NCBI GenBank assembly: GCA_963693365.1
Contig: CAVNZM010000003.1
Location: 12,511,810-12,575,809 of the forward strand
Length of the DNA stretch: 64,000 nt
Reading direction: 5' to 3'
Origin: Amoebidium appalachense
Taxonomy: Eukaryota; Protista; Ichthyosporea
The first letter of the stretch is position 1. Every line of letters begins with the position of its first letter. Under the pieces are notes generated by a model, which was not told the DNA's origin, did not search any database, and saw only the letters and a list, made by a program, of their open reading frames with translations. Shown piece by piece: positions 56,902-64,000 of the stretch. The position numbers and the translations under genes are program-made.

Positions 56902-59900
56902 ATGGATCTCGAACACACCGATCTTGTCTTGACCGGAAACGAGGTCGCCGCTAAAAAAGGCGACACAATTTGCATAGGCAACCATGTCATTCGAGTGTGT
57001 CAGGTCGGTGGTGTGAAGATGGCGAGTCTTGTGTGTTGGAAGTAGAGTCCGCTGTGACTAGGGTCGTCGTGGCGCGCTTGGGCGCTGACCCGTTTTTTAC
57101 TGCTTTCAGTGTGTTAACTCCATGACTGAACTCCATGACTGAACTCCATGACTGAACTCCATGTCTGAACTCCATTTCTGCACCTGGCAGAGCCGTGGTT
57201 TATATACCCGTGGGGCAGCAGTCTGGAATGTAATCCGGATGCCAGGCGCTAATCGGATTGGTTACTTTCATTTAGAGATCTCTGGGACCAGTGAACCAAT
57301 CGTTTGCAGTCAAAACACAATTGGCAACATTCCTCAACTATGCAGATGTGCATGTGGTGATCGAGTGTCAGCGTGTGTCTGTGTACACGGAACCAATTGT
57401 AAAGCTAACATACACATATTGTGGAGTGAGCGTAAGTCTGCACTCCAACACCCCTACCCAATTGGAGAAGTGTACACACCACTGTAGAGAAGAGAGAGTG
57501 AGTGTGGCTGCTTGCAGGGTAGACCGGGGTGTGCATTCCACTGTGGTGCGTGCCCCGCCAATGAAGTGGAATACTTGACGTTGATGTCGCAGGCTGCTGC
57601 GGATGGAGTTTGTGGAAGCGAAAGTCTCTACTTCACGGAAATACGCTCGCGGGTGTAGGGTACAGCCTAGAAGTCGGTTTCTGGGCTCCTCCGTTCAAGG
57701 CGTCGTAGGGGACGTGAAGTTAGAGGCCGCGGTGTCGTGTCTGGGCCCATAACCCTGTTGGAAGTAGAGTCCGCTGTGACTAGGGTCGTCGTGGCGCGCT
57801 TGGGCGCTGACCCGTTTTTTTACTGCTTTCAGTGTGTTAACTCCATGACTGAACTCCATGTCTTTACTCCATCACTGAACTCCATGACTTAACTCCATGA
57901 CTTAACTCCATGTCTTTACTCCATCACTGAACTCCATGACTTAACTCCATGACTTAACTCCATGACTGAACTCCATGTCTGAACTCCATGACTTAACTCC
58001 ATGACTGAACTCCATGACTGAACTCCATGACTGAACTCCATGACTGAACTCCATGACTTAACTCCATGACTTAACTCCATGACTGAACTCCATGTCTGAA
58101 CTCCATGTCTGCACCTGGCAGAGACGTGGCTTATATACCCGTGGGGCAGCAGTCTGGAATGTAATCCGGATGCCAGGTGCTAATCGGATTGGTTACTTTC
58201 ATTTAGAGATCTCTGGGACCAGTGAACCAATCGTTTGCAGTCAAAACACAATTGGCAACATTCCTCAACTATGCAGATGTGCATGTGGTGATCGAGTGTC
58301 AGCGTGTGTCTGTGTACACGGAACCAATTGTAAAGCTAACATACACATATTGTGGAGTGAGCGTAAGTCTGCACTCCAACACCCCTACCCATAACCCTGT
58401 TGGAAGTAGAGTCCGCTGTGACTAGGGTCGTCGTGGCGCGCTTGGGCGCTGACCCGTTTTTTTACTGCTTTCAGTGTGTTAACTCCATGACTGAACTCCA
58501 TGTCTTTACTCCATCACTGAACTCCATGACTTAACTCCATGACTTAACTCCATGTCTTTACTCCATCACTGAACTCCATGACTTAACTCCATGACTTAAC
58601 TCCATGACTGAACTCCATGTCTGAACTCCATGACTTAACTCCATGACTGAACTCCATGACTGAACTCCATGACTGAACTCCATGACTGAACTCCATGACT
58701 TAACTCCATGACTTAACTCCATGACTGAACTCCATGTCTGAACTCCATGTCTGCACCTGGCAGAGACGTGGCTTATATACCCGTGGGGCAGCAGTCTGGA
58801 ATGTAATCCGGATGCCAGGTGCTAATCGGATTGGTTACTTTCATTTAGAGATCTCTGGGACCAGTGAACCAATCGTTTGCAGTCAAAACACAATTGGCAA
58901 CATTCCTCAACTATGCAGATGTGCATGTGGTGATCGAGTGTCAGCGTGTGTCTGTGTACACGGAACCAATTGTAAAGCTAACATACACATATTGTGGAGT
59001 GAGCGTAAGTCTGCACTCCAACACCCCTACCCAATTGGAGAAGTGTACACACCACTGTAGAGAAGAGAGAGTGAGTGTGGCTGCTTGCAGGGTAGACCGG
59101 GGTGTGCATTCCACTGTGGTGCGTGCCCCGCCAATGAAGTGGAATACTTGACGTTGATGTCGCAGGCTGCTGCGGATGGAGTTTGTGGAAGCGAAAGTCT
59201 CTACTTCACGGAAATACGCTCGCGGGTGTAGGGTACAGCCTAGAAGTCGGTTTCTGGGCTCCTCCGTTCAAGGCGTCGTAGGGGACGTGAAGTTAGAGGC
59301 CGCGGTGTCGTGTCTGGGCCCATAACCCTGTTGGAAGTAGAGTCCGCTGTGACTAGGGTCGTCGTGGCGCGCTTGGGCGCTGACCCGTTTTTTACTGCTT
59401 TCAGTGTGTTAACTCCATGACTGAACTCCATGACTGAACTCCATGACTGAACTCCATGTCTGAACTCCATTTCTGCACCTGGCAGAGCCGTGGTTTATAT
59501 ACCCGTGGGGCAGCAGTCTGGAATGTAATCCGGATGCCAGGCGCTAATCGGATTGGTTACTTTCATTTAGAGATCTCTGGGACCAGTGAACCAATCGTTT
59601 GCAGTCAAAACACAATTGGCAACATTCCTCAACTATGCAGATGTGCATGTGGTGATCGAGTGTCAGCGTGTGTCTGTGTACACGGAACCAATTGTAAAGC
59701 TAACATACACATATTGTGGAGTGAGCGTAAGTCTGCACTCCAACATTGTGGACTATACCATGCTTGTCCGCGGTTTGGATAGAGACGCAGCCGGTCGATA
59801 TCTACGGCGTATCTTCGAAGACCCATCCCTCAAGCAATCGGTCAAAATGACCGATTGCCACTTTGGAAATGGGGGAAAACCATCTCCTGGTGTTCCTGCA

Positions 59901-60803
59901 ACTTCATTGGTCAAGCTGACCTTCAAGATTGCATCTGGCTCACGCTATGGTTCCGCGATCATCGACAAGTGGGCCCGAGACATAGCGCGCCTGGAAGGTG
60001 GAGACGAAACACTCGTGGAGGACATCGAGCGCAACCGTGCCACGGCAGCGGCCAACCCGTCAGGACCCAACGCTTTCATGCGTGACAGTGTGCGAGCAGA
60101 AATGGATGCCGCCGGCACCACCGAGAGGGAGCCCAAGAGACTGAAGCTCGGAGACATCACCCAGTTCATGACCAACCAGGCCGAGATGGAAACTGCACTG
60201 AGTCTGTACAAGGAGGCGCGCATCGCCGAATCTGCTCAGTACACGGAGATCATGATGATGCGCGAGGAAGGCGCTCTGTGTGACAAGCGGGCAAGTGTGA
60301 TTCGCGAGGAGCGCCTGAAACTCGAGGTGCAGTGTCGGCTTCTGGAACTTCAGACCACAGACAATCTCAAGCAGGACCAAATTCCATCGGAATTCGAGGA
60401 TGCCAGTGATGAGCTGCGCCGGGTCACCAACCACGTGTGCACCAAGCAGCAGTCCGGTATCTACGTGTTTGTGTCCGAGTATGGCGACCCCCCCTGTCTG
60501 AAGATCGGCCAGAGCCTGAAGGACGTGAAGGGCCGCATGAAGCAGGCCGGTACGTGGCATGTGGGGCCCAACAAGCGCCTGCTCTTTGCGCTTCCCGTGC
60601 CGTCCGAGCAGCTGGCGCTTGCAGAGAAGTGTCTGCACACCGCGCTTAAACACAAGAACGTTGAGCGCGAGCTGTTCCGTGTGGACTTTGTGACCTTTGC
60701 CGCGGCCATGCTGGAGATGGCGAGGGAGCACATGGAAGACGACTTGACAAGGGACCTCGTCATCAGCGTGTTCAAGAAGGCCGGTCACGAGCAAGCGCAG
60801 TAG
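56902..60803 (+). pseudogene. Bro/KilA-like N-terminus + coiled coil + T5orf172 (GIY-YIG-like) gene, split by the TRIM insertion
   Basis: Joining 56902-57033 to 59751-60803 restores a 394-aa ORF (..KMASLV|DYTML..). C-terminus GIYVF..LKIGQS..RMKQ..AEKCLHTALK..ERELF. Confidence 0.85.
57034..59745 (-). mobile_element. Non-autonomous copia-type LTR element (TRIM), tandem array of four LTRs
   Basis: TSD TTGTG (57029-57033, 59746-59750). LTRs TGTTGGA..TCCAACA at 57034-57450, 57756-58381, 58398-59023, 59329-59745; 305-bp non-coding internals. On the minus strand PBS GGTTATGGGCCCAG and PPT GGGTAGGGG. LTRs contain a 12-bp AACTCCATGACT array. Confidence 0.93.
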
Positions 60804-60914
60804 CCCCAAGACATTTCAATGGGTAAGCACCAACCTATCCTCAGCACGACTGAGGGTGCCACGCGCAGGTATAAAAGGAGCACACACGGCCACCTGGGGT
60901 CAGTCTGACACAGC

Positions 60915-61832
60915 ATGGCTACCGGACAGAGCAACTCAAAGGTGGACATGTCGCTTCTGTGGAAGGAGTTCCCCCAGTTCAAGGATGCAACGGTCCGCGT
61001 CGACAAAGCCAGCAAGATGGCGAGCGTCCTCGATGTTCTGCAGCTGATCTTGGAGAGCAACGAAGCGGCCAAGAAGTTGTGGCAGCGAATTCAGTTGTCC
61101 GATGACTACAAACAACTCGAGGAAAAGATGGGGACTCTGTGTCCCCAAGTCCGGATCAATGGCACTGGCAAACTTACCCCGGTTGCCCCCTTCCGCACCC
61201 TCCTCGAGATCATCTACCTGCTCCCCGGCAAGCGCGCTCATGATTTCCGTAAGACTTCTGCCCAGTACATGGCGCGCCTCCTCTCTGGCGATTTGCTTCT
61301 CATCGAGGAGATCGAGGCCCGCTACGACAACAGCACCCCGGAGGAGCGCGAGTTCTTCCGCAACGGCACGGACGAGACCCCTGACCGCAAGCGCCGCCGC
61401 GAGGAGCTGGAGGAGGAGCGGAGGCTGCGTCTGCGCCGGGAGGAGGCGGAGATCACGCGTCTCGAGAGGGAGAACCAGAAGATGGCCATGGACAACCTCG
61501 TCCAGTACGAGGCACTGCTTGAGCGCCTGGGGCTGGACCGTGATCCGCGCATGCGTCAGCTCGTCAACGACTCGGTCTCCAACATGCTGCTCCCCAACCA
61601 GGGTCTGCGAGCCATCGAAGGCACCACCCTCTCCGACTATGTCACGGTGGGGAAGTTCGTGGTCGACCGTGGCATCAAGTGCAAGTCCGCCTCTGCGCTC
61701 GGCCGCATGGTCAGCAAGGCCTGGCGTGACGAGATGGGGTGCGAGCCCGAGACGACACAGATGGTGGTCAACGGGGACGTGCGCACGGTCAAGCTGTACC
61801 CTGTGAGCTTCCTGGCGAAGCACGTTGTGTAG
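60915..61832 (+). CDS. Bro-N/KilA-N-like viral DNA-binding protein with coiled coil
   Basis: SVLDVL..RINGTGKLTPVA..EIIYLLPGKRAHDFR..RLLSGD..EEIE; C-terminal ALGRMVSKAW..EP..VNG..VKLY; GGTATAAAAGG upstream, AATAAA downstream. Confidence 0.8.
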   Translation: MATGQSNSKVDMSLLWKEFPQFKDATVRVDKASKMASVLDVLQLILESNEAAKKLWQRIQLSDDYKQLEEKMGTLCPQVRINGTGKLTPVAPFRTLLEIIYLLPGKRAHDFRKTSAQYMARLLSGDLLLIEEIEARYDNSTPEEREFFRNGTDETPDRKRRREELEEERRLRLRREEAEITRLERENQKMAMDNLVQYEALLERLGLDRDPRMRQLVNDSVSNMLLPNQGLRAIEGTTLSDYVTVGKFVVDRGIKCKSASALGRMVSKAWRDEMGCEPETTQMVVNGDVRTVKLYPVSFLAKHVV

Positions 61833-61932
61833 CGTATAGTGGCCGAGGCACACCAACCAGCATCAATAAAGTGAGAACAGCGAACCATAAAAAGGTCACC
61901 CCTCCCCCCCCCCGCCCCCCCCCCCCCCCCCC

Positions 61933-62739
61933 CTACACCACCCGGCCACCCTGGTGGTGGCACCACCAGCCCCCCGCGCAGGGCCTCAGTCGCCGTAGTC
62001 GATGGGCCACTCGGTGGTGCCCATGTACGCACTGCCCCCGGGGGGTGGTGCCGAGCAGCCCGTAGAGCGTGTTGCCGAAGCCCAGCACGGCCTCGATGGC
62101 CTCATCGGGCAGCACGTGCGCCAGCCCGCGCCATAAGTTCCTGTGGATCCAGAGGCGGTCGCGCGTGTAGGGCGGGGCAGGCACGACGGCGGCCTGGTTT
62201 CGGATGAGCCCAGTGGCCGCTGTTTGTGCGAGTGTGGGGGCACCGGGGAGCGGGCGCTCGAAGATCAAGGTGGGGGTCTCCGTGTAGGAGGGCATGATAT
62301 CTGCCCAATCCGGCGGCTGGATATCCAGGTCAAAGACCATCATCCACTGAAAGGCATTCAGTGCAGCGCTGTACGTGACCATGAGCCGCCTGTCATCGAC
62401 CCAGTCATGCCCCGCATCAATTGCAAACTCCCAGAAGCCCGTCGCGCGGCCATCATCCATCACGCGTGGAGGGTCATACCAGGCATCGATGAAGTGCGTG
62501 TGCTTGCACACAAACCTGAGTGGGGCAGTCAGCACCGACATTCTGCCCCTGCGAATGTTGCCGAATTCGTCCGTGGGCTCGGGCGGCTGCGGGTAGACGA
62601 TGCGGACTACACCCAGTGCTCGGGTCTGGACCCCACCCGCAATGCCCGGCTGGGCGGGATGAAACCACGTTGGGTCGTCGACAAAGGCTTGCAGGTCCCC
62701 CGGGTTGGACAGCACCCTCTTTTCCACCGGCCAGTTCAT
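61933..62739 (-). CDS. Hypothetical protein, 268 aa
   Basis: Intronless ORF from MNWPVEK with GC3-rich codons, convergent with the Bro-like gene. Confidence 0.65.
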   Translation of the reverse strand: MNWPVEKRVLSNPGDLQAFVDDPTWFHPAQPGIAGGVQTRALGVVRIVYPQPPEPTDEFGNIRRGRMSVLTAPLRFVCKHTHFIDAWYDPPRVMDDGRATGFWEFAIDAGHDWVDDRRLMVTYSAALNAFQWMMVFDLDIQPPDWADIMPSYTETPTLIFERPLPGAPTLAQTAATGLIRNQAAVVPAPPYTRDRLWIHRNLWRGLAHVLPDEAIEAVLGFGNTLYGLLGTTPRGQCVHGHHRVAHRLRRLRPCAGGWWCHHQGGRVV

Positions 62740-62855
62740 ATGTGCAGGCCCCAATAAATAGAACACAACCAGCTCTGGGACCTCCCCCCCCACCCCCCAG
62801 CAAACAAGAACACCCCTGCGCCCACAACCGTTGACTATTATCCATGCACACGGTA

Positions 62856-63245
62856 ATGTACGCGCTCGTTGCCCTACTTGCACAAGCCGCCGCCGCCGCC
62901 GCCAGCTACGTGACGGTCCTCCCGACGCCGACGCCAACCACCCCGACACCCACCCTCACCCAACCATCCAGATGCACACGGCTCGTTGCGCAGACGGCCA
63001 CCGCAGCGCCCGTGTGCTCGCAGGTGCCGGTGCCGGGGGTGGGGTGCGGGTGGCTGTGCCGCACGGTGGTGCCACAGAATCCGTCGCTCGTGCCGTGCAA
63101 CCAGTTTGTGGGCTGCAACCTCTACCGACCGGACCCCAAGACCGGCGGGGTGCTGCGGTGCAAGCGGCGCAGGGCCACGTCGATGCCGTGCGCGCCGGAC
63201 TTCTGCTGCGTCAAGCCTGCTGGCATCGGTGCAGCAGGGATATAA
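62856..63245 (+). CDS. Small secreted Cys-rich protein
   Basis: Signal-like MYALVALLAQAAAAAAS, Thr/Pro linker, 10 Cys. Confidence 0.65.
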   Translation: MYALVALLAQAAAAAASYVTVLPTPTPTTPTPTLTQPSRCTRLVAQTATAAPVCSQVPVPGVGCGWLCRTVVPQNPSLVPCNQFVGCNLYRPDPKTGGVLRCKRRRATSMPCAPDFCCVKPAGIGAAGI

Positions 63246-63369
63246 ACTCTTTTGCATATATCGGTCACAGAATGGACGCAATCCCCCCCCCCCCCCACCC
63301 CACGCGGGAACCCATCCGAAACTGTCCCAGGGAACCACCCATATGTCGAAAAATTCGGCTGTTGTGTAG

Positions 63370-64000
63370 ATGGCTTCAACACAGACATTGTCGGTAAAGC
63401 CCCACTGCTTCTTCAAGTTTGTCAAACGCAATACCCAACATTTCAAGTTGGAAGACGCACATCTGAAACCCCGCAACACCCAGACATACAAGTGGGCTAT
63501 GGGGGACGTCTGTCTCTCCATCAACTTGTGGAGCACTCAAAATGATGTCGAACCAGTCTGTCTGACCTGTGTTACATCTCTGGTTTTTGAAGCAGGGCTG
63601 GGTGGCTACAGATTGTTGTTTATTTGTATGCGTCAAACAGCTGGTACGGAATACAAGTTTGCTGTAAGGTATGATTCAAAAAGCCGGTTTCTCGTGGACC
63701 AGCGGAAGCACCGTTTCGGGTCGATTGTGGTGAAGTGTGCTCCCTACGTGGCCGAAAAGTACAAACAGGCTATTGTCCCTGGAAGACCTACGCCCTCGGA
63801 CATGATGGAGGACATACAAAAAACGTGGCCACTTCTATTTGACTGGTACAACAGTCTCGTTGATCTTCAGAAGTCACTGACCGAGCTGATTGGGGTTGGC
63901 TCCGTTGAAGCCTCACCGGCTGTGGCAGGGTGTGGCGCCAGGTCTCGGGACAACACCTTCGTACTGCTGCAAACCTATCTGCCAAAATCTGTTCGTTTTC
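63370..64000 (+). CDS. Hypothetical protein, partial (runs off the window)
   Basis: Frame read by hand from ATG 63370 (MASTQTLSVKPHCFFKF..) has no stop to 64000; absent from the ORF track because it lacks a stop codon. Confidence 0.6.
   Translation, partial: MASTQTLSVKPHCFFKFVKRNTQHFKLEDAHLKPRNTQTYKWAMGDVCLSINLWSTQNDVEPVCLTCVTSLVFEAGLGGYRLLFICMRQTAGTEYKFAVRYDSKSRFLVDQRKHRFGSIVVKCAPYVAEKYKQAIVPGRPTPSDMMEDIQKTWPLLFDWYNSLVDLQKSLTELIGVGSVEASPAVAGCGARSRDNTFVLLQTYLPKSVRF

Noticed and set aside
57116-59470. 12-bp AACTCCATGACT arrays as a CRISPR or coding repeat, and the repeated 95-108 aa ORFs
   Set aside because: They lie inside LTRs; the ORFs are incidental LTR translations.
59586-59750. N-terminus of the 405-aa ORF in the track
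   Set aside because: It is LTR sequence; the real N-terminus is 56902-57033.
60060-62757. Long antisense ORFs (60060-60809, 60936-61856, 62143-62757)
   Set aside because: Shadows of GC3-rich genes on the opposite strand.

Overview
Eukaryotic genomic window with two very different halves. Left (~1-31 kb): intron-rich host DNA full of poly-C/G and (CA)n runs. It holds a minus-strand multi-domain globin gene, a ~14 kb minus-strand beta-arrestin-like gene (13 phase-consistent exons after exon 1, one GC-AG intron) and an intronic tRNA-Phe. The beta-type arrestin and intron style suggest a unicellular holozoan such as an ichthyosporean (inference). Right (~32-64 kb): opens with a 477-bp GC-rich nested hairpin and continues as a dense, mostly intronless, virus-like region, probably an endogenous large dsDNA virus; no capsid or polymerase gene is in the window. 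It carries a spliced KDM4-like JmjN/JmjC demethylase, a C2H2 zinc finger, an SF3 (D5/NrS-1-type) helicase followed by iteron-like repeats, four PD-(D/E)xK nuclease paralogues (two fused to a copy of the helicase's own C-terminal domain), duplicated Bro/KilA-like genes, many minisatellites, and a four-LTR copia-type TRIM with a 5-bp TSD that splits a T5orf172 gene. All protein calls are by-eye motif recognition, not database searches.
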